DNA of 64,000 bases from a virus (lineage: Duplodnaviria > Heunggongvirae > Uroviricota > Caudoviricetes), in IMG/VR virus record IMGVR_UViG_3300033489_000001, positions 254,023 through 318,022 of that record. One strand, written 5' to 3'. Each line of letters opens with the position of its first letter. Position 1 is the first letter of the stretch. The translations under genes and the position numbers were made by a program. This document shows positions 1-8,453 of this stretch, piece by piece. The notes under the pieces were generated by a model, which saw nothing but the letters and a program-made list of their open reading frames with translations, searched no databases and was not told where the DNA came from.

Positions 1-2
1 TA

Positions 3-212
3 GGTCCAGACAATCTAACTTTTATGATTGGTCAAAATGGGGGTCCTTTATGGAAGACGGTAGATGGTGCGGCTACTCCGTGGACTCAAGAAAATCCTAG
101 TGGTTCACTAGAAACAACTTGGTCTTCAGCAGCGGCTGGAGGGCCTACCCCAACTTTACTTGCCAGTTTGGGGGACGGACGTGTATACGCATACATTGAT
201 TGGCTAATATAA
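3..212 (+). CDS. C-terminal part of a beta-propeller (Asp-box-like) virion protein, 5'-truncated by the window; paralog of 1459..2628
   Basis: Frame is open from base 3 (GPDNLTFMIGQNGGPLWKTVDGAATPWTQE...GGPTPTLLA) and aligns with the C-terminus of 1459..2628 (GPDNLTFMIGETSGGGLLWKTIDGAVTPWTQE...GGPTPTLLA). Confidence 0.75.
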   Translation, partial: GPDNLTFMIGQNGGPLWKTVDGAATPWTQENPSGSLETTWSSAAAGGPTPTLLASLGDGRVYAYIDWLI

Positions 213-240
213 TAACTATTTAGAAGGTATCAGGTAAAAC

Positions 241-1413
241 ATGGGTATCAAAAAAGAGCAAATCGGAGTTGCTATTGGCCAAGAGCAGATTTCTTTAGAT
301 TTATCAGAACAAGCCGCTCCAATAATGATTGGCAACAAGATTAGGCTATACTCTAAAGATATGGGAGGGGTTTCTGAATTCTTTATTCGTGATGATGCTA
401 ATCACGAAGTTCAAATTACTGATAATGGTACAGCTGGAGGAACAAGTCTTACAGAAGCTAACACATGGCTAGCTGAACAAACTGTTCCAGTGTTACATTT
501 GACTCCACAAGCATCAGCACCGTCTAGCCATGCATTAGGAGATCTGTATGTAAATCTTTCTAAGACATTATATTACTATGATGGTTCTGATTGGGTTGCA
601 TGGTGGGTACCTCCTGCTATGTGGATAGAAGAAAGACCGATAGATGATAATGATTATAATTGGAGCTGTGTAGCTATTGGAGGAGATACTTCACCCATAT
701 TTTTAGCCTGTGTAGATGGAGGGTACGTTTACAAAGGTATTTATTCTGGAGGATCCACAACTTGGTCACCAATTTTACCATTAGGTAGTAACTCTTGGTG
801 GAGTGTGGCATCTGGTTACAACGGTTTAATAATGATTGCCGTCACAAACGGTGGGACACCTCAATTAAGTCTGGATGGAGGTACAACTTGGAATTGGGTT
901 ACTTATTTTATTCCTTGGTGGAACTGGACCTTTGCAATTGGAGGAGATAATTTAACAATACTTGGAGTGGGTTTCAACACTGATCCTGTTCTAAGTTTAG
1001 ATGGGGGTACAACTTGGAATCCTATCACAATAGCAGGTATAGGTGTTGCTGGTTGGGGGGGATGTGGAGTAGGTCGTGATCCTGATGTAATGGTAGCTTG
1101 TAACTCTACACGAGCTTATTTCACCGATGATCAATGGGCTACCTATACAGAACTCCAACCATTAGGTAATGTAGATGTATATTGGGGCAGAGTTGCTATT
1201 GGAGGCGATGATCAGACCATCGCCCTTATCACCTATGACTATCCTAACACTATTTTCTTAACAAAAAATCGTGGAACTAGTTGGACAACAATAGACATAA
1301 GCAGCATAAGAGGAACAGGAGACATAAGTTGCATAGCGCTTGGTGGAGATGGCTTACAGGCTTTAGTTAATTTCTATGGAAGCAGAATGTACAGGGCTGA
1401 TAATCTCTCCTAA
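241..1413 (+). CDS. Putative tail fibre/receptor-binding protein: conserved N-terminal adaptor plus Asp-box (SxDGGxTW) beta-propeller
   Basis: Repeated SLDGGTTW / TKNRGTSW motifs; N-terminal ~120 aa closely similar to 1459..2628. Confidence 0.7.
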   Translation: MGIKKEQIGVAIGQEQISLDLSEQAAPIMIGNKIRLYSKDMGGVSEFFIRDDANHEVQITDNGTAGGTSLTEANTWLAEQTVPVLHLTPQASAPSSHALGDLYVNLSKTLYYYDGSDWVAWWVPPAMWIEERPIDDNDYNWSCVAIGGDTSPIFLACVDGGYVYKGIYSGGSTTWSPILPLGSNSWWSVASGYNGLIMIAVTNGGTPQLSLDGGTTWNWVTYFIPWWNWTFAIGGDNLTILGVGFNTDPVLSLDGGTTWNPITIAGIGVAGWGGCGVGRDPDVMVACNSTRAYFTDDQWATYTELQPLGNVDVYWGRVAIGGDDQTIALITYDYPNTIFLTKNRGTSWTTIDISSIRGTGDISCIALGGDGLQALVNFYGSRMYRADNLS

Positions 1414-1458
1414 ATCAGGTACATTTTAAAAAGTTCCTTTTGTGTAAAAGGATAAAGC

Positions 1459-2628
1459 ATGGGCATTAAGAAAGCACAAATCGGAAACGCTATAGGTCAA
1501 GGACAAATTTCTTTAGATTTAGCGGAACAGACCGCTCCAACAGCACTTAGCAATAAGATTAGATTGTACTCTAAAGACATAAGTGGAGTAGCTGAACTTT
1601 TTGTTCGTGATGATTCAAGCCACGAAGTTCAGATCACACGTAATGGTTCTGCTGGAGGAGCAAGTCTCGCTGATGCTAATACTTGGACTCAAAAACAGAG
1701 TATGCCAGTATTGCGTTTGATCCCTCAGACATTAGAACCAATTAGTGGCTCTTTGGGCGAGCTATATGTACATGCAACTTCTGGGTTAGTTTATCTTTAC
1801 AACGGGGTGACTTTTCAACCTGTAGCTCCTCTTTCAGGATGGTTTGAAATTGGGCCTTATGTTGGTAATGTTAACTACTCACTAGCAACTATCGGTGGAG
1901 ACGGAAAGACATGGATAACCGGTCAATTCACTTCCTCTCCTCTACAGTTAACAACTAATAGAGGAGTGACTTGGGCACCTATTACAGCACTTGGCTCGGC
2001 TACATGGTCAACTGCGGCTATTGGGTATGACAACCTGACGATGCTTGCAGGAGTCAACGGTGGGACCATGCAAATGAGCCTTGATGGAGGAGCTTCTTGG
2101 AACCCAGTTACTCCTGGAGGTTTAACTACAGCAAATTGGTCAGGGTCAGCTATAGGTTCTGATAATCAAACAATGCTGGCTTGTTGTAATAGCGGTAGAA
2201 TTTTTATGACCACTAATCAATGGTCTACTTGGACTGAGCTTCAACCCTTAGGCGCTTTTGATATACCTTGGGCAGGAGTAGCTATTGGACAAGATAATCT
2301 TACGATCTTAGCGGCAGCTATGATTGGAAGAGTGTGGAGATCAATTGATGGGGGAGCTACTACTTGGGATGATGTATCCCCCACGGGCACTGATGGTTTT
2401 TGGACTCAACCTGGTATTGGTCCAGACAACTTGACATTTATGATTGGTGAGACTAGTGGGGGTGGCCTTTTATGGAAGACAATAGACGGAGCAGTTACTC
2501 CTTGGACACAAGAGACCCCCGGTGGAGTAACAACAGGTTGGGGTGCTACGGCAGTTGGTGGCCCAACCCCTACCTTACTCGCTGGAGTATGGGGTGGCCG
2601 TTTGCGGGCGTACATGTCCTTTTCTTAG
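1459..2628 (+). CDS. Putative tail fibre/receptor-binding protein, Asp-box beta-propeller, paralog of 241..1413
   Basis: TTNRGVTW, SLDGGASW, SIDGGATTW motifs; shared MGIKKxQIG...NKIRLYSKD N-terminus. Confidence 0.7.
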   Translation: MGIKKAQIGNAIGQGQISLDLAEQTAPTALSNKIRLYSKDISGVAELFVRDDSSHEVQITRNGSAGGASLADANTWTQKQSMPVLRLIPQTLEPISGSLGELYVHATSGLVYLYNGVTFQPVAPLSGWFEIGPYVGNVNYSLATIGGDGKTWITGQFTSSPLQLTTNRGVTWAPITALGSATWSTAAIGYDNLTMLAGVNGGTMQMSLDGGASWNPVTPGGLTTANWSGSAIGSDNQTMLACCNSGRIFMTTNQWSTWTELQPLGAFDIPWAGVAIGQDNLTILAAAMIGRVWRSIDGGATTWDDVSPTGTDGFWTQPGIGPDNLTFMIGETSGGGLLWKTIDGAVTPWTQETPGGVTTGWGATAVGGPTPTLLAGVWGGRLRAYMSFS

Positions 2629-3128
2629 TCCTTCTGTTGCTCATAAGTTGCAGTGGGGCATCTCCACAACCGGCCATAGTAACGAGGGTCTTAGAGACCT
2701 CATCGTGTAAAACTGACAATTTAACATCCCCAACGTATCTTGAAAATGCGGTGGTTCAGGATATAGCGCTGACGTTTGATTCAATTCGAACCTTTGTTGA
2801 TATGTGGTTTGAAGAGCATCCAGATCCAGCCAATCAAAAAACCATAAATACGGCTATTGAAAAAACAGAAGCAGCGATCGATTCACTCTTTAAAGCTTAT
2901 AGTGCAAAACCCGTACAAGGCAGTAGTGCAAAACCCGTACATTACAATAAGGATTTTGTAATTGCGTTAATAGTGTTCAAGAGGGCATACGTTGATTTGT
3001 TGGAGATAGTTGAACCACTTGGTGTACGGCAATATGGTTCTAAAGCGTTATCGAAAGTTCCCACAGAGTTGCTTGTTCCTTCTCCATCAGAGCTTGGGAA
3101 CTCTTCTTTAGACCCCGAAGAATTCTAA
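2589..3128 (+). CDS. Putative lipoprotein
   Basis: ATG at 2589 gives hydrophobic VLFLVLLLL followed by lipobox-like LISC; the longer track ORF start overlaps the previous gene. Confidence 0.55.
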   Translation: MGWPFAGVHVLFLVLLLLISCSGASPQPAIVTRVLETSSCKTDNLTSPTYLENAVVQDIALTFDSIRTFVDMWFEEHPDPANQKTINTAIEKTEAAIDSLFKAYSAKPVQGSSAKPVHYNKDFVIALIVFKRAYVDLLEIVEPLGVRQYGSKALSKVPTELLVPSPSELGNSSLDPEEF

Positions 3129-3264
3129 GCCTGGCACTTTGGAATATAGGTTTTTGTTCTACTAGTGTATAATTCGACGATAAGGAGGATGACTACAGAA
3201 AAACCAAAGGGAATAAAAAACTAAAGTGTACAAATAACGATAAACCCCAAAGCTAGGATTTGGA

Positions 3265-3996
3265 ATGATTTTTCTGCTTTTTCTAATAACGCTCAGTTGC
3301 GCCTTTCCTAGGGCGTCTCTAGCACAGGCGATATCCGCTTCGGAGGTAACTATAACATCTAAGGTTCCAACATTATCCCTTATAGATGAACCAGTGAGCG
3401 CTACAACGGCTATGGGCCGAGTATTTGTCAGCGAAGGGGATTGGAACTCGTTGGCCGATGAGGCGCTAATCATGACCGTGTACAAGAACAGATTAGCAGT
3501 ACTTACTTCTCCATCTATACGAAGCATGACTTATACACAACGGTTGATCTGGATAGCTAAGCGTTACTCCAATACGACCTTTCGGCCCTCCGAAGTTCGC
3601 AGCGTTCGAGCATCTAATTTCCGAACACCGCGTCAGATGTGGGTTGATGAGCTAAACAATAAATGCACGGAACCTGAGCATTGGCCTAAGCTAGCGTCGC
3701 ATCCTCCATGGAAGGATTACATAAAACTTTGCCAAGGGGTTTTCAAGCGAGCTTACGCTCTCATCCATAATATTAAAACCTCCCTCGTTTGTTCTTCGGA
3801 CATGCCCGTAGATCATTGGGGTGGGGCAATGGATGAAGCGAGAGCAAAAAAATGGGGTTGGGTGAAAGCTAAGTTTAGTTGCTGGATGGATGGCAAAGAA
3901 TACTTGCCCAAGAATCAAGCTTGGTGCAGTCCTGACCTATCAAAGTGCAAAACGCCTAAAGAAAAACTAGTGGCAAGCAGTAGGTCTCTTAATTAG
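3265..3996 (+). CDS. Secreted protein, possibly a SleB/Hydrolase_2-like cell wall hydrolase
   Basis: N-terminal signal peptide; AMGRVFVSEG...ALIMTVYKNR resembles the LARxxxxE...VxxVIxNR signature of SleB-type lytic transglycosylases. Confidence 0.4.
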   Translation: MIFLLFLITLSCAFPRASLAQAISASEVTITSKVPTLSLIDEPVSATTAMGRVFVSEGDWNSLADEALIMTVYKNRLAVLTSPSIRSMTYTQRLIWIAKRYSNTTFRPSEVRSVRASNFRTPRQMWVDELNNKCTEPEHWPKLASHPPWKDYIKLCQGVFKRAYALIHNIKTSLVCSSDMPVDHWGGAMDEARAKKWGWVKAKFSCWMDGKEYLPKNQAWCSPDLSKCKTPKEKLVASSRSLN

Positions 3997-4437
3997 GTCT
4001 ACTATTTTATCTAAAACCTCACGAGCCCGTTTACCTGGTTTCTCTCCTAATTCTTCTGTCTCGCTGAAATCTTCCATAAACTCTCCATATGGAGAGTCAG
4101 GGAAAAATCCAACAGCGAAGTACGTCATTGGATCAGCATAAAACTGTAAGGTCTCAAGCAGAAGGGTTTGAGATTCAGCAACAGCAATACAGGCTATCGC
4201 TTCGTCTAAAGATCTAATTAAAGCAATAAGCTCCCGGCAAGAGGTTCGTAAATCTTTTTGGGAGTTATGTTGTCTAACCTTCCAAATATTTTGCAAGGTT
4301 TTAAGCTGATGGACTCGATGTGCTTTCAGAATTTTGAGAATCTTTAGATGTTCTGAAGTTAATGAACGTTCTTGACTCTTTTGAGAACAATTTTTGTCCA
4401 ATGTAAACTTACCCCTATAGGTACTAAAGAACTCCAT
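3967..4437 (-). CDS. Hypothetical protein
   Basis: 156-aa ORF co-directional with and overlapping the end of 4424..6418. Confidence 0.5.
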   Translation of the reverse strand: MEFFSTYRGKFTLDKNCSQKSQERSLTSEHLKILKILKAHRVHQLKTLQNIWKVRQHNSQKDLRTSCRELIALIRSLDEAIACIAVAESQTLLLETLQFYADPMTYFAVGFFPDSPYGEFMEDFSETEELGEKPGKRAREVLDKIVDLIKRPTACH

Positions 4438-6418
4438 TCAGTCTTACAAAAACCGCCGGAATTGGTACTGCGGTTATCATAGTAGGACTAGCTGGGAATG
4501 AAGCAGGAAGGGCTGCGTAAGTAAATGCGGTATAAAGGCCAAGGTTTGGAGCGGTTCCTAATGTGTTTCCGTAACCAAGAACAGGACTTAAACTTGCAAC
4601 AGCAAACGAACGAATAGTAGGAGTGCCATTTGAAACAATTACAAGCCATTTCAGACCATTTGTTAGGACATGAGAGATCGTTACACTTTTTACACCAGTC
4701 GTTGCTATGCTAATTGCTCCAGCGTCAAGCAACAGCTTACTGGGATACGTGCCCAAATCTTCATAAATCCCTAACCTAGCGTTTCCTGTTCCGGCTGTTG
4801 TCACATTGATCGCGATCCGATCTAATACAGTTCTCTTAGATACAACAAATGGGATAGCATACAACCTATTTGCTGTAAGTGCCCCAGTAGTAAGAGCAGT
4901 GCCAGTTATTGGGCTTGTGTACCACGCTTCATAGTTCGTCGTGCCTTCTTTGCGGATATACTCAGCGCCAATCCCTAGGCCATTTTCATAGATGATCTTA
5001 GCTAGTTGAGCACCTGTGGAATGGTCAAGCATAAGGCGGCCACGTTCAACGTAGCGCCAATAAACGTCAGCATCCGAAGTGTCCACTTGTACGGAAGGAT
5101 TTAATGACCATTCAACACCCAACTCAATTACGCTTAAGCGATACCACCAATAAACAGTAGATGTCCCTGAGGCATAACTTACATCACTGGAGCCACTTGC
5201 CTCAAATGAAAACTGTAGTGATGAAATGAATAGGAAGTTAAAGAGTGCTTGTCCATTTGCACTGGTGTTATCAATTATACCAACGGCTGCAAGATTGATC
5301 CCATAAGTAGCTCGAAGACTTGTTGCCTTTACTCCACGAGCTGCCCAGTCAGCTTTTGCTTCGTATCCAGCGTTTCCACTATAGGCCGTTGTGTTTATTG
5401 GGAAACTCTCCAACAAATACCAGTCATTGTAGGTTAGATTTGAAGCCACAAGGGTCGGATTCCAAGTCGTATTTGGATAACTTACATCATTTGCCGTACC
5501 CAATATGTGATCTATATTCCAAGCATTCACAAAACATAAATTCGAAGAAGTCCTGCCGTGAACATAATCAACTCGCGTATTAAAATCGGCCCGGTTTATA
5601 CCGTAGTCATACCCAGCCATATCCATAAAGATGCCGTGGATGCCCAGAGTATTCCACTGCCCGGTTTTTGTTTGAAAGGTCGCAATAACTTCAGTGGTCG
5701 CAACGTAACCAAAGATCAAAGCATAGGGATTGAGGACTTTGATTCTATTAATAATGACTTGGGTATTGGCATAATCGCCATGACTCGGATCTTGTAGTCC
5801 AGCCCCAAGTACAATTACTCCATAGCGTGCCATTTCTTTGGCTATGGCTTCATTCGATCCCAATGCATTGAAAGTAGAGGGCCAACCGTAGTAAATTAGG
5901 AGGTCGAGAGGTCTAGAATAAGTTGCTTTGACTATATCCTGTCTATGCCATGCATTTTTAGCGTGAATATCTTCAAGATTAGCTACCCGGTTCGCATGAT
6001 CTTGAAGCATTCCACTGGCCCCTAAAATAGGAACTTTTTCAGGGATATAAAGCGGGCTATCGGTATCGTTGAACAATTCCCGCCGATTTACCATTACCTG
6101 CATTAATTCAAACGGTCCTTGTATGCCAGTAGCAGCATCTGTCACACGAGCATTTGCGTCTACAAAGTCTGTTAATTCAGACGAAGTTACAAATGGTGAT
6201 AGGCCAGCATTATCGACGGCTGTCTTTTCTCCAGCCGTCATTTCAACAAATTCACCTGACACAATTTTACAGTAATAGTCGGGCGTACCTTCGGGAGGAA
6301 CAGCACCTTCATTTAAATCTACTATACTCTGTGTAGATGCGTTATAATCATTCAAAAAGTCCGTAAACCCCCATTTTATAACCGCCCCCGTAGCCGTATC
6401 AATTACTGCTTTTTTCAT
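4424..6418 (-). CDS. Virion protein with central TIM-barrel glycoside-hydrolase-like domain (GH114/GH135-like)
   Basis: LLIYYGW...IFGYV...GIHGIFMDMAGYDYG...WYLLESF pattern; paralog of 6437..8437; lies in the tail region. Confidence 0.55.
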   Translation of the reverse strand: MKKAVIDTATGAVIKWGFTDFLNDYNASTQSIVDLNEGAVPPEGTPDYYCKIVSGEFVEMTAGEKTAVDNAGLSPFVTSSELTDFVDANARVTDAATGIQGPFELMQVMVNRRELFNDTDSPLYIPEKVPILGASGMLQDHANRVANLEDIHAKNAWHRQDIVKATYSRPLDLLIYYGWPSTFNALGSNEAIAKEMARYGVIVLGAGLQDPSHGDYANTQVIINRIKVLNPYALIFGYVATTEVIATFQTKTGQWNTLGIHGIFMDMAGYDYGINRADFNTRVDYVHGRTSSNLCFVNAWNIDHILGTANDVSYPNTTWNPTLVASNLTYNDWYLLESFPINTTAYSGNAGYEAKADWAARGVKATSLRATYGINLAAVGIIDNTSANGQALFNFLFISSLQFSFEASGSSDVSYASGTSTVYWWYRLSVIELGVEWSLNPSVQVDTSDADVYWRYVERGRLMLDHSTGAQLAKIIYENGLGIGAEYIRKEGTTNYEAWYTSPITGTALTTGALTANRLYAIPFVVSKRTVLDRIAINVTTAGTGNARLGIYEDLGTYPSKLLLDAGAISIATTGVKSVTISHVLTNGLKWLVIVSNGTPTIRSFAVASLSPVLGYGNTLGTAPNLGLYTAFTYAALPASFPASPTMITAVPIPAVFVRLNGVL

Positions 6419-6436
6419 TTATGCCTTCTCCAAATA

Positions 6437-8437
6437 CTATTTTGAAAGACGTACAAAAATTGCCGGTATAGGTATTGTTGTAATTTTATTAAAAGAAGTG
6501 GGAAACATTACTGGTAAGGTACCATAGTTACATTGGGTGTAAAACCCTAAAGTTGGGAAGCCCGTAAACGGTTTTCCATAACCAAGAACGTGTACGAGAC
6601 CTAAGGGGTTATGACAGCGTATAAGAGAAATACCATCACACAATATTGCTAGAAACTTCAAACCAGGCAGCATCAATGGATGTATATCTACTGTCTTTGT
6701 TCCGGGAGAAGTTGCTGTTATCTCAGATGTTTCTACGAGTTTAAGTGTGGGGCTAGCGTTGCCATCACTTGAATAAATACCCAACTTGATCTTTCCAGGA
6801 AATGGTGCCATCACCTCAATTCCAATACCATTTAGGCGATCACGTCTAGGTTCAACAAAGGGAACGACGTAAAGGCGATTGGGTACAAGTGCGTTCATTA
6901 TAAGCGGGGCTCCTGTACAAGGAGAGGTATACCACGACTCGTAATTATTGGTTCCACGTTTTCTCTCATAATGAAGATCTTTCTCTGTCCCTTCAAATAT
7001 GAGGTCTGACAATTGCACGCCATCTGAAAAGTCTAATTGACATCTACCAAACTCGACATAGCGCCAATAGACGTCAGAGTCATTTATATCCTCTTGCACG
7101 GAAGGACTGAGAGACCATGTTGTACCAATTCCTTCCATACTTGGTCTTGACCATCGCATAATAGCTGCTGAACTAGCTCCATAGTTTGTGTCACTAGTTC
7201 CAAACGCTTCTAGGCTCCACATTAGCGCTGAAACAGCACCAAACATGAATAATGCGGTACCATTAGAGTCTTCGTTATCAATGATTCCTACACCTGCTAG
7301 TTTAATTCCAAAAGTCGCTCGATGTCCTATGGCTTTTACCCCACGTGCTGCCCAGTCACTTTTAGATTCATAGCCATCACTTGAAGAATAAGCTATAGTA
7401 TTAATTGGAAAGCTCTCAAGCAAATACCAATCGGTGTATGTTAATTTTGATGCAACAAGATCAGGATTGTACGTTGTATTTGGATAGCTTAGATCGTTTG
7501 CCGTACCCAATATGTGATCCATATTCCACGCATTTACAAAACATCTGTGTGCAGATGACAATCCATGAACGTAATCAACTCGTGTGTTGAAATCTACACG
7601 ATTGGTACCGAAATCGTAACCCGCTTCGTCCATAAAGATACCATGAATACCAAGAGTGTTCCACTGTGTTGCTTTAGTTTGAAATGTTGCTATTACATTA
7701 GTAGTGCTAACATACCCAAAAATGAGAGCATTTGGATTCAAAGCTTTAATTCGGGGTATAATAACTTGAGTGTTTGCATAGTCTCCATGTGATGGATCCT
7801 GTATCCCATCACCAAAAACTAAAATAGGATATTTCGCAAGATCTTGGGCTACGCTTTCGTTGTTCCATCCATTGACCGAACTGTTAAACGAATTAAGCCA
7901 TCCATAGTAAATTAATAGATCTGCTGGTCTCGTATATAAAGAAGCTTTGACTTCTTGCTCGTGCCAACCTAACTCTCCATGTATTGACTCTAGACTGCTT
8001 ATTCTGTTTACATGATCTTGCAGTATTCCATTACTTCCAAGAATCGGAGTTAAAGTGGAACTGTATAACGGGCTCTCAGTATCGTTAAAAAGTTCCCGCC
8101 TATTAGTCATTACTTGCATTAATTCAAAAGGACCATATACCCCAGTAATTGGATCAGTTACAATTGCATTAGCATTTACAAAATCCGTTAGCGTATGAGA
8201 TATCGGCGGTATGTGTGCTGCATCAACTGCGGCCTTTTCTGTTTCATTCATTGCTACAAATTCACTAGCTACTATTTTGTAGTAATACAATGGGATGTTA
8301 GGATCTTGTGGTTGAGCAGCCTCATTTATTTCAACCACTTCTTCTGTTTCAGGGTCATAATCGTTCAAAAAATCCGTGAAACCGTATTTCATTACTGCGC
8401 CGGTCACTATGTGTGTCACTGCATATTGTTGTGCCAT
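6437..8437 (-). CDS. Virion protein with glycoside-hydrolase-like domain, paralog of 4424..6418
   Basis: Full-length collinear similarity (QDPSHGDYANTQVII, GIHGIFMDEAGYDFG, YERKRGTNNYESWYTSP). Confidence 0.55.
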   Translation of the reverse strand: MAQQYAVTHIVTGAVMKYGFTDFLNDYDPETEEVVEINEAAQPQDPNIPLYYYKIVASEFVAMNETEKAAVDAAHIPPISHTLTDFVNANAIVTDPITGVYGPFELMQVMTNRRELFNDTESPLYSSTLTPILGSNGILQDHVNRISSLESIHGELGWHEQEVKASLYTRPADLLIYYGWLNSFNSSVNGWNNESVAQDLAKYPILVFGDGIQDPSHGDYANTQVIIPRIKALNPNALIFGYVSTTNVIATFQTKATQWNTLGIHGIFMDEAGYDFGTNRVDFNTRVDYVHGLSSAHRCFVNAWNMDHILGTANDLSYPNTTYNPDLVASKLTYTDWYLLESFPINTIAYSSSDGYESKSDWAARGVKAIGHRATFGIKLAGVGIIDNEDSNGTALFMFGAVSALMWSLEAFGTSDTNYGASSAAIMRWSRPSMEGIGTTWSLSPSVQEDINDSDVYWRYVEFGRCQLDFSDGVQLSDLIFEGTEKDLHYERKRGTNNYESWYTSPCTGAPLIMNALVPNRLYVVPFVEPRRDRLNGIGIEVMAPFPGKIKLGIYSSDGNASPTLKLVETSEITATSPGTKTVDIHPLMLPGLKFLAILCDGISLIRCHNPLGLVHVLGYGKPFTGFPTLGFYTQCNYGTLPVMFPTSFNKITTIPIPAIFVRLSK

Positions 8438-8453
8438 TTTATCCTCCTATATC

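Noticed and set aside
2901-2941. 17-bp direct repeat AGTGCAAAACCCGTACA
   Set aside because: Simple in-frame duplication (SAKPV twice) within a coding region; no regulatory or mobile context
3-8437. Diversity-generating retroelement acting on the paralogous tail genes
   Set aside because: No reverse transcriptase in the window, and differences between paralogs are not adenine-specific template/variable repeat pairs
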